DNA of 64,000 nucleotides, taken from Hyalangium minutum. Its GTDB lineage: Bacteria; Myxococcota; Myxococcia; Myxococcales; Myxococcaceae. The stretch spans positions 124,001 to 188,000 of the forward strand of contig NZ_JMCB01000013.1 in assembly GCF_000737315.1 (NCBI RefSeq), in the 5' to 3' direction. Shown one piece after another: positions 1 through 9,169 of this stretch (its first letter is position 1; each line of letters begins with the position of its first letter). The notes beneath the pieces are model-generated. The model saw nothing but the letters and a program-made list of their open reading frames with translations. It ran no database searches and was not told where the DNA came from. Made by a program: the position numbers and the translations under genes.

Positions 1-582
1 CGGAGGCTCCGGTGCCAGAACCGGCGGGAGGATGGATCCGTCTCGCCGGTGTATCGGGTGGACGTGGTGGATAGGCCCCGGCTGGACGCCGTGGCGGTGC
101 TCGTCTACCGCCGCAGTGCGTCGGGCCTCGAGGTGCTCACCCGGAAGAACCTCCGGCCCGCCGCGTACTTCCGCAAGGGCAAGGAGATGGTGGTGCCGGA
201 TCCGGTGAGCTACCTGCTCGTGGAGGAGCTCGTCGCCGGCGTCATGGAACTGGAGGACAAGGGCGAGGAGGGGGTGCGGCGCCGGGCGGTGGAGGAGGTG
301 CGCGAGGAGGCCGGCTATGAGGTGAAGCCCGAGGAGATCCGCTTGCTCGGTGGGGGCTTCTTCGTGGCGCCGGGCATCCTGTCGGAGAAGGTGTTCCCCA
401 CGGCGGTGGACGTGACGGGCAAGGAGGCCCATGAGCCGGAAGGGGATGGCTCTCCTTTAGAGGAGGGGACGCGGCTGCAGTGGCGCCCGCTGCCCGAGGT
501 GCTCGCCGCTTGCCGCCGGGGGGAGGTGCCGGATGCGAAGCTGGAGATCTCCATCACCCGCCTGCTGGCCGAGCAGCCATAG
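1..582 (+). CDS. NUDIX hydrolase (ADP-ribose pyrophosphatase-like), 5' partial
   Basis: Frame open from base 1; Nudix box G(VMELE)DKGEEGVRRRAVEEVREEAGY. Confidence 0.85.
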   Translation, partial: RRLRCQNRREDGSVSPVYRVDVVDRPRLDAVAVLVYRRSASGLEVLTRKNLRPAAYFRKGKEMVVPDPVSYLLVEELVAGVMELEDKGEEGVRRRAVEEVREEAGYEVKPEEIRLLGGGFFVAPGILSEKVFPTAVDVTGKEAHEPEGDGSPLEEGTRLQWRPLPEVLAACRRGEVPDAKLEISITRLLAEQP

Positions 583-665
583 CTCACCGCCCGGGTTGGC
601 CGCCAGGATGGGACCGGATAGGGTGCGCGAGCCGTTTCCGTTCCGCTCCGCCGAGGTCCTTCCGC

Positions 666-2126
666 ATGTCGTCGATGCCCGCGTGGCTGCAACAGTTGTT
701 GCCGATCTTGATCCTGCTGGCAGCGATCTCCCTGGTGATCGCGCGCCTGCCCAAGGTCGAGCTCGGGCACACGGAGGCCTTCAAGCGCCGCCGCTTCCTC
801 AACTGGTTCCCGCTGGGCATGACGTACGCGTTCCTCTACATGGGGCGCTACAACCTCAACGAGGCCACCAGCGCGCTGGGCAGCCGCACCTCGAACGCGG
901 ACTTCGGCACCATCTTCGCCTGGGGCACGATCGTCTACGGCGTGGCGTTCTTGCTCAACGGCCCGCTGACGGACAGGTGGGGCGGGCGCCGGACGATCTT
1001 GATCTCGGCGGCGGGCTCCTCGGTGTGCAACGTGCTGATGGGCCTCGTGGTGCACGCCGTGCTGACGCAGGACTGGCAGCCTCCCGGCGGGCTGGTGGGG
1101 ACGCTGTCCGTGCTCTACGCGGTGAACATGTACTTCCAGAGCTTTGGCGCGGTCTCCATCGTCAAGGTGAACGCGGCGTGGTTCCACCTGCGCGAGCGCG
1201 GGACGCTGGGAGGCGTGTTCGGCATCCTCATCTCGCTGGGCGTCTACTTCGCCTATGACTGGAGCCGGATGATCACCCGTGCGGCTCCGACGTACTGGGT
1301 GTTCTTCATCCCCGCGGCCATCCTCGCCGCCTTCGTGGTGCTGGACTTCTTCATCATCCGCGACACGCCGAGCGATACGGGCCACCCGGACTTCGACACC
1401 GCGGATGCGTCCTCGGGAGAGACGGGCCCCCGGCTCGGGGCATTCGAGGTGCTGGGCAAGATGCTCCGCAACCCCGTCATCATCGTCATCCTGCTGATCG
1501 AGTTCTGCAGCGGCTACATGCGCAACGCCATCATGCAGTGGTACCCCAAGCTGGCGAAGGGCATCGGCATGGGCGACAGCTTCGTCGCGTCCAACTGGGG
1601 CATGCTGCTGTGCGTGGCCGGCATCACCGGAGGCATGTTCGCCGGCATCATCTCCGACAAGATCTTCGACTCTCGGCGCGGGCCCGTATCGGCGGTGCTC
1701 TATGGTGGGATGACGCTGGGCGCCGTGGCCACGCTCTTCCTGCTGAACACCCCGCTGCTGGGGTGGACGGTCATCTTCATGTCGCTGTGCGTCATCGGCG
1801 TGCACGGCATGCTGTCGGGTACCGCCAGCATGGACTTCGGCGGCAAGAAGAACGCGGGAGTGGCGGTGGGCATCATCGACGGCGCCGTCTACGCGGGCAC
1901 CGCCTTCCAGTCCGTGCTGCTCGGCAGGCTGTTGCCCTCGGGCGCGGCCGCCAAGGACATCAACAACTGGAGCAACTGGCCCATCGCCCTGGTGCCGCTG
2001 GCGGTGGCAGGGCTCGTGCTGGCCACTCGGGTGTGGAACGCCAAACCCCAGGCGAAGAAGGAGGCCGTTGCTGATCCAACGGCCCCCGTGGCCGCGCCGG
2101 CGCGTCGGACGGGCACCGAAGGGTAG
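666..2126 (+). CDS. MFS transporter, GlpT/UhpC (organophosphate:Pi antiporter)-like
   Basis: About 12 hydrophobic segments; Y..LYMGRYN, GPLTDRWGGRR and GIISDKIFDSRRGP MFS motifs; ATG 666 chosen over the ORF start at 480. Confidence 0.85.
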   Translation: MSSMPAWLQQLLPILILLAAISLVIARLPKVELGHTEAFKRRRFLNWFPLGMTYAFLYMGRYNLNEATSALGSRTSNADFGTIFAWGTIVYGVAFLLNGPLTDRWGGRRTILISAAGSSVCNVLMGLVVHAVLTQDWQPPGGLVGTLSVLYAVNMYFQSFGAVSIVKVNAAWFHLRERGTLGGVFGILISLGVYFAYDWSRMITRAAPTYWVFFIPAAILAAFVVLDFFIIRDTPSDTGHPDFDTADASSGETGPRLGAFEVLGKMLRNPVIIVILLIEFCSGYMRNAIMQWYPKLAKGIGMGDSFVASNWGMLLCVAGITGGMFAGIISDKIFDSRRGPVSAVLYGGMTLGAVATLFLLNTPLLGWTVIFMSLCVIGVHGMLSGTASMDFGGKKNAGVAVGIIDGAVYAGTAFQSVLLGRLLPSGAAAKDINNWSNWPIALVPLAVAGLVLATRVWNAKPQAKKEAVADPTAPVAAPARRTGTEG

Positions 2127-2214
2127 TGCCGGAGGGAGGGAGCGCGTTCAGGGGCGGACGGCTGCGAGGCCCGAGCGATTTCAGTGTGACGGGGTTGTGA
2201 CGTAAAATGCCTGC

Positions 2215-3792
2215 GTGCCCTCGGAATCCGCCCCGCTGCTTCAGAACCGGTTGGAAGTCCACGACCGGAAGCAGTTCGAGATCAAGCTCGAGTACCAGCC
2301 GTCGGGCGCCGACGACGAGACGCGCTATCTCGTCGAGATGTTCCTGTTCCTGCCGAACAGCCTGAACATCGACGCGGAGACGTACCCGCGGGCGGACTTC
2401 TACGCGGACATCCACAACTACGTGCGCTTCACCACGCCGGTGATGAGCCTGGAGGAGCTGCTGGTGGTGGAGGGCTCGCCGCTGATGCGGCTCGAGGCGT
2501 GGCTGAGGACGGGGCTGCCCACGGAGGCGGAGGTCGTCTACCAGGCCAAGCTCCTGTGCTGCATCTTCCGTGGGGCGCTGCGCCGCTTCGTGAAGCTGGT
2601 GGATGGGCGGTGCGAGCCGCCCAGCGCCGCCGGGCTGGGCGAGGCCGAGTACGCGGACCTGCAGCGGATCATCCTCCAGTCACAGGAATCCGTGGTGAAG
2701 GTGCTGGAGCGCTTCCGGGGCTGGCAGAAGGCCACGGGCGAGCTGAGGCTGCAGAAGAAGACGCGCGTCTCGCTGCGTCTGGTGGACGAGTACATGAGCC
2801 TCACGGTGGAGCAGTACTTCCGCAAGGCCGTGACGGAGATGGATGCGCTGCCGCGCTCGGGCGTCTACATCGAGCCGCGCAAGGCGCTGATGGCGGCGGT
2901 GATCCGCGAGGAGACGTACCGCAAGGAGAACCAGCTTCGCAGCGTGCTGAGCCCCACCGGTGACAACGAGGAGTACATGCACCGGATCGGGTTCCTGAAG
3001 AAGTTCTGCATGAACATCCTCTTCCTGGCGGCGCGGAGGAAGCAGAAGCGCCAGGGCTGGGAGGAGGTGCTGTTCGCGATCGCGGCGGGTTTGGCCATGG
3101 CCTTCGCCACGGCGGTGCTCTTCGTCGCGCAGAGGCAGGGAGGCGTCCCCCAGGAGAGCCTCAACTTCCTGCTGATCGCCGTGGTGGGCTACATGGTGAA
3201 GGACCGCATCAAGGAGGGGCTGCGCCGCTTCTTCAGCAAGTTCGCCTCGATGCACCTGTACGACCGGATGGCGGAGATCTTGGATCCGGTGACGAAGAAG
3301 TGCCTGGGCACGCTGGAGGAGCGCGTGGACTACGGCCGCACGGTGAAGGTGCCCAAGGAGATCGCCGAGCTGCGCTGCCTGGACGACTTCATCACCGTGT
3401 CCCAGGGCGAGCTGTCCGAGACGGTGCTCCGCTACCAGAAGGAGATCGTCCTGGACGCGGAGTTGCTGCCGAAGACGGACCGGCGGCTGACGGGCGTCAC
3501 GGACATCATCCGCTTCAACGTGGAGCGCTTCCTGCGCGATATGGACGACCCGGAGCTGGCGCTGGAGTACGTGGATCTGGAGGACTTCTCGGTGGGCCGG
3601 GTGAAGGGCGCCAAGAGCTACCAGGTGGATCTGGCGTTCCGCTTCACCACGGACGAGGCGGACCAGAAGAAGGTGTCCGTGCAGCTGGTGCGGCTGGTGC
3701 TGGATCGCAACGGCATCAAGCGCATGCTGCGCGTCGCGCCCGAGCAGACGGATCGGCCTCCGCACCCCGAGCCGTACCGCAAGGCGGCCTGA
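2215..3792 (+). CDS. Hypothetical membrane protein (two adjacent TM helices flanked by soluble domains)
   Basis: 525-aa ORF with typical codon usage; hydrophobic VLFAIAAGLAMAFATAVLFV and LNFLLIAVVGYMV. Confidence 0.75.
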   Translation: MPSESAPLLQNRLEVHDRKQFEIKLEYQPSGADDETRYLVEMFLFLPNSLNIDAETYPRADFYADIHNYVRFTTPVMSLEELLVVEGSPLMRLEAWLRTGLPTEAEVVYQAKLLCCIFRGALRRFVKLVDGRCEPPSAAGLGEAEYADLQRIILQSQESVVKVLERFRGWQKATGELRLQKKTRVSLRLVDEYMSLTVEQYFRKAVTEMDALPRSGVYIEPRKALMAAVIREETYRKENQLRSVLSPTGDNEEYMHRIGFLKKFCMNILFLAARRKQKRQGWEEVLFAIAAGLAMAFATAVLFVAQRQGGVPQESLNFLLIAVVGYMVKDRIKEGLRRFFSKFASMHLYDRMAEILDPVTKKCLGTLEERVDYGRTVKVPKEIAELRCLDDFITVSQGELSETVLRYQKEIVLDAELLPKTDRRLTGVTDIIRFNVERFLRDMDDPELALEYVDLEDFSVGRVKGAKSYQVDLAFRFTTDEADQKKVSVQLVRLVLDRNGIKRMLRVAPEQTDRPPHPEPYRKAA

Positions 3793-3805
3793 GAGGCACG
3801 TCGCC

Positions 3806-4267
3806 GTGTCCGAGGCGGATCGACAGCGGTGGAATGCCCGCTACCAGGAGCAGGCCGGGGGCTTGGAGCCGTCCCGGTTCCTTCAGTCGCTCTCGGACCG
3901 GCTGCCGAGCACGGGGCGGGCGCTCGAGGTGGCCGGTGGGCCGGGGCATGACGCCCTGTAGCTCGCGAGGCGTGGCCTGGATGTGACGCTCGTGGACATC
4001 TCGGACGTGGCGCTCGAGCGCGCCGCCGCGGCCGCGCGGCAGGCCGGTGTCCCTTTGCGTGTGGAGCGGGTGGACGTGGAGGAGGCGCCGCTTCCCCCCG
4101 GGCCCTACCAGCTCGTGCTGTGCATGAACTTCCTCTGGCGCCCGCTGTTCGAGGCAATTCCTCGGGTGCTCGAGCCCGGCGGGCTGTTCGTCTTTGCCCA
4201 GCCGACCCGGAGCAACCTCCAGCGGAACCCGCACCCCTCGGCCCGCTTTCTCCTGACTGGTGCGTGA
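3806..4267 (+). pseudogene. Class I SAM-dependent methyltransferase (TehB-like), in-frame TAG and truncated C-terminus
   Basis: GTG 3806 reads MSEADRQRWNARY...RALEVAGGPGHDAL*LARRGLDVTLVDIS; motif I is followed by TAG at 3959-3961; frame continues to an abrupt end LLTGA*. Confidence 0.8.
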
Positions 4268-4342
4268 CCTTCCTACACCCGGTGGAGTGAGCCGCATCAG
4301 GGGCACGTGCTAGGGTGCGCGCCTCGTTTAGGAGGAGTCTTC

Positions 4343-7087
4343 GTGTCACTTTGGAACTCGAACCGGCGGGCTGTCTCGCTCGCCGTCACAGTGTTGGCCT
4401 TGGGAGTGCTCGCGGCCTGTGGTGGCAGCGGAAACCCCGTCACCCCGGACCCGAACGCCAGTGCCGAGATCAAGGCCATGCTCCCGCAGGAGCTGGCGGT
4501 CTCGGATGTGGCCCGCGTCCACGTGGAAGCCCGTGGGCCTGGCATCCCCACGCCCGTTGGAATGGATCTGTCCCTGCAGGGCAGCACCTGGCAGGGCACC
4601 CTTCTCGCAATCCCCGCGGGGTTGGACCGCATCTTCGAGGCCAAGGCCTACGACGCGGCCGGGCTGTTGCTCTACGCCGGGCAAGCGGGGCCGATCACGA
4701 TCGCCTCGGGCAGCACGGTGAGCGTGGCCATCCTGCTCCAGCAGGTCAACCCGCCGCCTCCGTACCAGAACGTGCCGCCGACGATCGACTCGGTGGTGGT
4801 CTCCGCCAACCAGGTGTCGCCCGGTGGCACCATCACGCTGACGGCCACCGCGCATGACGAGAACGCGGGGGACACGATCACCTTCGCGTGGACGGCGACT
4901 GCGGGCTCCTTCAGCAATCCGTCTGCTTCCGCGACGAGCTGGGTGGCTCCGGCGGCCGAGGGCCCGCAGGTGCTGACCCTGGAGGTGACGGACTCGAAGG
5001 GGACGAGCGCCCGGCTGAGCGTCAACGTCAGCGTCCAGCGCCCCGGCGCGAGCGGCGATGCCAATGTGACGGTGGGCTTCAACACCTGGCCGAGGGTGAA
5101 CCAGATGCGGGCGACGCCGTCCATCCTCACGCTCAACGTCCCCGTGCAGCTCTCCGTCGTCGCCTCCGAGCCGGACGGCGACGCCCTGAGCTACACGTGG
5201 AGCGCGAACTGCCCGGGTCGCTTCGAGGACAGCCTCGTGGCCACGCCCCGGTTCACCTTGTTGTCGCAGCCTCCCCCCGGTCCTGTTTTTTGCACGCTCA
5301 CCGTCACCGTCTCGGATGGCCGGGGAGGCCAGACCACGGGCTCCTTATCGCTGCTGGCTGGGACCCCGTCGCAGGCCAACGTGGCGCCTCAGATCGACAG
5401 CACCTTCAAGAGCTCCGAGCAGGCGGGCGGTGGCGAGGTGGTGACGATGGGCCTCACCGCGCATGATCCCGAGTCCACGCCGCTGACCTTCTCCTGGACC
5501 GCGAGCCAGGGCTCCATCCTGGCCACCCGGGGTACCAGCACCGCGAGCGAGGTGGATTGGAGGGCGCCCGCGTGCCTCAATGGGCCGATCACCGTGACGG
5601 CGGCCATCGCGGATGCCTGGGGCGCCGTGACGCACCAGCAGTTCTCCATCGCCCCGCGCGCGGGCTCTTCGTGCGGCGCCCTGACGGTGTCAGGTATGCG
5701 CAACTCCTACCGCGTCCGGCCAGATGGCAGCACCCTCACGGTTCCGGTGAATCTGTCGGGTGTGACGCTGGGCGCGTGGGTGCCGAGCACGGATGGCGCG
5801 AGCTACACCTGGCGGCCGGGGAGCGGTGACGCCAGCGGCACGTTCATCATCCCCAACGTCGATCGCACGCCCTACCTGCTCCGGTTCGGGGGCTCGTACC
5901 TGTGGGCCCACAGCCGGATGCTCGATCTGAGCCGGGCCGACTTGGGCCGCCATGACACGGTGATCGAGCCGGAGACGACCCAGCTCCAGATGCAGGTTTC
6001 CGGGCTGAATCCCTGGCAGGGCGGCGATGACTTCCAGCTCAGCTCGGCGAGCACGGGCCTTGGCTACTTCTCGGCGACGAGCTGCTCCACTCCGTTCTTC
6101 CCGGAGGACCTCGACGGCGAGACCTCCTTCAACTTCACCATTGACTACCTGTACTCGATGCAGAACTGCGGGACTCCTGCGGCCCGGATCGACGCGTCTC
6201 GCGGGGACGTGCTGTATGCCACCCAGCTGGTGAGCCGCACGGATGCGGCCACGGGGATGACCTTCCAGGAGGTTCAGCGGAGCTTCCAGACGAACTCGCT
6301 GACGGGCCCGAATCCGAGCACGCTGCTGCTCAGCGGCACGCTGGCGCCGCTGCCGCTCGTGAGCCGGGTGGTGGACTACCGCGCCGCCTCGTTCGAGGCC
6401 CTGGCTCTGGCGGGGCACCCCTCCGCGACTGCGGGGACCACCACTCTGAACCTTGGGATCTTGCCGGGCTACGACCAGTTTGGCTCCTACGCGGGCTGGC
6501 CGGACCTGGTGCTGGCGACTTTCGGCGCGGGCCTGGGAGACGTTGCCCCCACGTTCACGTATGGCAATCCCTATCCTGCCAACTGGTCCCAGTTCATCAC
6601 GGCCCAGACCACCTCGCGGGTCCGTTACTCGGTGCCGCTGGAGGGCGGAGGCTCGTCCACGCCGCGCATCTACTCGGCGTATACGTACGCCCAGCAGCCC
6701 GTGGGGAACGGTCCGATCATCCCGCTGGTGGGGCCGCCTCGGGATCTGCGGCTCAATGGCGCGCTGGCTTGGGACGTCCTCACGGGTGTGGGCGAGACGC
6801 CGCTGATGAGCTGGACGGCTCCGAGCCTGGGAACTCCGACCTCGTACTCGGTGCGCGTGTATGAGCTCTACGCCACGAGCACGGGGAGTACCTCTCGGGT
6901 GACGGTGACGAACCTCGCGACGGACCAGACCCAGCTCCGGATGCCGCCCGGCGTGCTGGTGCCAGGCAAGCACTACCACCTCCAGGTGTCGGCGCTCTTC
7001 GAGCAGGGGACGGATCCGGGCAGGCCGTACATGCTCCGCCCGGTGTACCACACGGCGATGGCGGTGACGGGCCGCTTCCAGCCCTGA
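4343..7087 (+). CDS. Large lipoprotein with three Ig/PKD-like repeats and a C-terminal beta-rich/FN3-like region
   Basis: SD GGAGG then GTG 4343; lipobox LAA-C; three NxxPxI...L.v.A.D.(dG)d.L.y.W repeats; C-terminal WTAPSLGTPTSYSVRVYEL. Confidence 0.8.
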   Translation: MSLWNSNRRAVSLAVTVLALGVLAACGGSGNPVTPDPNASAEIKAMLPQELAVSDVARVHVEARGPGIPTPVGMDLSLQGSTWQGTLLAIPAGLDRIFEAKAYDAAGLLLYAGQAGPITIASGSTVSVAILLQQVNPPPPYQNVPPTIDSVVVSANQVSPGGTITLTATAHDENAGDTITFAWTATAGSFSNPSASATSWVAPAAEGPQVLTLEVTDSKGTSARLSVNVSVQRPGASGDANVTVGFNTWPRVNQMRATPSILTLNVPVQLSVVASEPDGDALSYTWSANCPGRFEDSLVATPRFTLLSQPPPGPVFCTLTVTVSDGRGGQTTGSLSLLAGTPSQANVAPQIDSTFKSSEQAGGGEVVTMGLTAHDPESTPLTFSWTASQGSILATRGTSTASEVDWRAPACLNGPITVTAAIADAWGAVTHQQFSIAPRAGSSCGALTVSGMRNSYRVRPDGSTLTVPVNLSGVTLGAWVPSTDGASYTWRPGSGDASGTFIIPNVDRTPYLLRFGGSYLWAHSRMLDLSRADLGRHDTVIEPETTQLQMQVSGLNPWQGGDDFQLSSASTGLGYFSATSCSTPFFPEDLDGETSFNFTIDYLYSMQNCGTPAARIDASRGDVLYATQLVSRTDAATGMTFQEVQRSFQTNSLTGPNPSTLLLSGTLAPLPLVSRVVDYRAASFEALALAGHPSATAGTTTLNLGILPGYDQFGSYAGWPDLVLATFGAGLGDVAPTFTYGNPYPANWSQFITAQTTSRVRYSVPLEGGGSSTPRIYSAYTYAQQPVGNGPIIPLVGPPRDLRLNGALAWDVLTGVGETPLMSWTAPSLGTPTSYSVRVYELYATSTGSTSRVTVTNLATDQTQLRMPPGVLVPGKHYHLQVSALFEQGTDPGRPYMLRPVYHTAMAVTGRFQP

Positions 7088-7113
7088 GCCGAGCCGTGCG
7101 GTGAATGCGTGAG

Positions 7114-7149
7114 AAGCCCCGGTGGCAGCAGTGCCGCCGGGGCTTTTTT
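7114..7149 (+). terminator. Rho-independent terminator
   Basis: Stem AAGCCCCGGTGGCA / TGCCGCCGGGGCTT followed by a T run, 26 nt after the lipoprotein stop. Confidence 0.85.
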
Positions 7150-7198
7150 CCTTCCTGGCTCCAGGGATTCCCTATGCTGCCGCCCGGGAGGTGCCGCC

Positions 7199-7606
7199 TT
7201 GCCGTTCTCCATCCGCCTGCCGGTGACCGCGCAGGATCTCGATGAGCTCCAGCACGTGAGCAACGTGGTCTACGTCCGGTGGATCCAGGACGTGGCCGTG
7301 GCTCACTCCGAGGCGGTGGGGTTGAGCTTGGAGGTCTACCGGCAGCTGGGCGCCGTCTTCGTGGTGCGCCGGCATGAGGTGGACTACCTGCGCCCGGCGC
7401 TCGCGGGAGACGAGGTGGAGGTGGAGACGCGCGTGGTGGCGAAGAGCCCCGTGACGGCGACGCGGCAGACCTTCATCCGGCGGGTGGCGGACGGGCAGGT
7501 GCTGGTCCAGGCCCAGACACAGTGGGCCTACGTGTCCACGTCCACCGGGAGGCCCGTGCGCATTCCGCCCGAAGTGACTCAGCGCTTCACGATCGAGCCC
7601 GTGTGA
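7199..7606 (+). CDS. Acyl-CoA thioesterase (4HBT/YbgC hotdog fold)
   Basis: DLDELQHVSNVVYVRW and VVRRHEVDYLRPA motifs; SD GGGAGG before TTG 7199. Confidence 0.85.
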   Translation: MPFSIRLPVTAQDLDELQHVSNVVYVRWIQDVAVAHSEAVGLSLEVYRQLGAVFVVRRHEVDYLRPALAGDEVEVETRVVAKSPVTATRQTFIRRVADGQVLVQAQTQWAYVSTSTGRPVRIPPEVTQRFTIEPV

Positions 7607-7609
7607 GGG

Positions 7610-9061
7610 CTATGAGGCGCTCGACGAGGCGCTGGGTGTCGTGGGCGTGGGACGGTTGATGCCAAGTGCGGCCAGAGTGGCAACGAGCCCCGTGGCCGCC
7701 GAGAACCACCACACGTTCCTGAAGGTGTGGTCCGGATCCAGGGGCGCCGCGCCGCTGCCGAGGATGACCACGAAAGCGCTCGTTCCGATGACGAAGCCCA
7801 TCTGTCGCGCCATGTTGACGACGGCGCTTCCCGTCGAGGTCTGATCCCGGGGCAACTCGACGGTGGCCGACGCGAAGATCGTCGGGAGCGCCAGTCCCAT
7901 GCCGACGCCGATGACGAGCCATCCTGGGAGCACGGAGACGGCGAAGGTCGAGGAGGCGTTGGCGCTGGAGAGCAGCAGGAGCGGACCTGCGGCCAGCATC
8001 AGGGTTCCGAGCGCGGCGATGCTCCCAGGGCGGAAGCGCTTGCTCAGCCTCGAGCTGACGGCGGCGAAGATCGGCACCATGCAGGGGCCGGGGGCAATCG
8101 CCAGTCCCGTCTCCAGGGCGGACCAGTGCCAGCGCTGCTCCAGGAACAGGATGACCGAGAGGAGCTCGGCGCCGAAGGCGACGGACAAGAGGAACGCGGA
8201 GACGTTCGACCAGGCGAAGACGCGGTGCCGGAGCAGCGAGAGGTCGAGCACTGGAGAGGGGTGGCGCGCCGATCGGACGAGGAACGCCACGGAGCCCACT
8301 GCCACCACGGCGCAGGAGAGCAGGGTAGGGATCGAGGTCCAGCCCCAGTCGGGGGCCTTGACGAGCCCGAGCGCCAGCGCGCCGGTCGCCACGATCAGGA
8401 TGGCGCCGCCGAGGAGATCGGGGAGCCGCGACGAGGACTCCGGCCGAGGATTCGGAAGGAACCGGAACGCGGCGATGGCCGCAGCCACGCCGATGGGAAG
8501 GTTGATGACGAAGATCCATCGCCAGGAGGAATCGATGAGGAGTCCGCCGATGGCGGGTCCTGCCGCGCCCGCAAGGGACGAGCTCGAGGCCCAAATGCGG
8601 ATGGAGCGGGCCCGCTGCTCGGGGGGCATGGCCGTCAACACGAGCCCCATGCTCGCGGGAGTCAACACGGCGGCCCCGGCGGCCTGAAGGCACCGGAACA
8701 CGACGAGCCACGTCAGATTGTTGCTGAGCGCGCAGCCAAGGCTGGCGAGGGTGAACAGCCCGAGCCCCACGAGGAAGCCTGCTTTGCGGCCGTAGCGGTC
8801 GACGAGCCGGCCTGCGGGCACGAGCAGTGCGCCATAGAAGATGGTGTAGCCATTGAGGACCCAGCTCAGGTCCGACAGCGACGCCTGGCCGACGTCGCGG
8901 CCGATGTCATCGAGCGCGATGTTGACGATGAACATGTCCAGCGCGGCCATGAACACCGACGAGCAGAGGATCAGCAGGACGAGGGCTGGGCGGGCGCTGG
9001 GGCGGGCCAGCGCGTACGGCGAGGAGGAGGAGAGGGCTTCCATGCGCGTGTGAGCCTCCAT
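7610..9061 (-). CDS. MFS drug:H+ antiporter, DHA2 (14-TMS) family
   Basis: MAALDMFIVNIAL, GRLVDRYGRK and GPAIGGLL motifs; start uncertain (9043/9061/9079). Confidence 0.88.
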   Translation of the reverse strand: MEAHTRMEALSSSSPYALARPSARPALVLLILCSSVFMAALDMFIVNIALDDIGRDVGQASLSDLSWVLNGYTIFYGALLVPAGRLVDRYGRKAGFLVGLGLFTLASLGCALSNNLTWLVVFRCLQAAGAAVLTPASMGLVLTAMPPEQRARSIRIWASSSSLAGAAGPAIGGLLIDSSWRWIFVINLPIGVAAAIAAFRFLPNPRPESSSRLPDLLGGAILIVATGALALGLVKAPDWGWTSIPTLLSCAVVAVGSVAFLVRSARHPSPVLDLSLLRHRVFAWSNVSAFLLSVAFGAELLSVILFLEQRWHWSALETGLAIAPGPCMVPIFAAVSSRLSKRFRPGSIAALGTLMLAAGPLLLLSSANASSTFAVSVLPGWLVIGVGMGLALPTIFASATVELPRDQTSTGSAVVNMARQMGFVIGTSAFVVILGSGAAPLDPDHTFRNVWWFSAATGLVATLAALGINRPTPTTPSASSSAS

Positions 9062-9092
9062 GAAGGACGCGCCCGGCAAAAAAGCGCGTTAA

Positions 9093-9137
9093 ATGACGGT
9101 CATCATGAATGTGTCTATTCATGTCGGTTATCATGTA
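9093..9137. promoter_or_regulatory. Putative TetR operator pair in a divergent intergenic region
   Basis: Palindrome ATGACGGTCAT (9093-9103); near-duplicate ATGACGGTCATCATG / ATGTCGGTTATCATG (9093, 9121); inverted repeat CATGAAT..ATTCATG (9104-9123). Confidence 0.6.
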
Positions 9138-9169
9138 AGCTGTCAAGCGTTCCTGGGGTGGAGGACGAG

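Noticed and set aside
2185-2202. TGTGA motifs as a CRP site for the window's CRP-like protein
   Set aside because: They are direct repeats, not the TGTGA-N6-TCACA palindrome.
3959-3961. In-frame TAG as pyrrolysine or programmed readthrough
   Set aside because: No pyl genes in the window and the gene is also C-terminally truncated; simple pseudogenisation or a sequencing error is more likely.
7727-9169. 682-aa ORF suggesting a large N-terminal extension on TetR (similarly 42064, 56151, 60506 and 59559 extensions on the dehydrogenase, rpmB, purM and cyclase)
   Set aside because: The extensions overlap other real genes; the true starts with SD sites or family-typical N-termini lie downstream.
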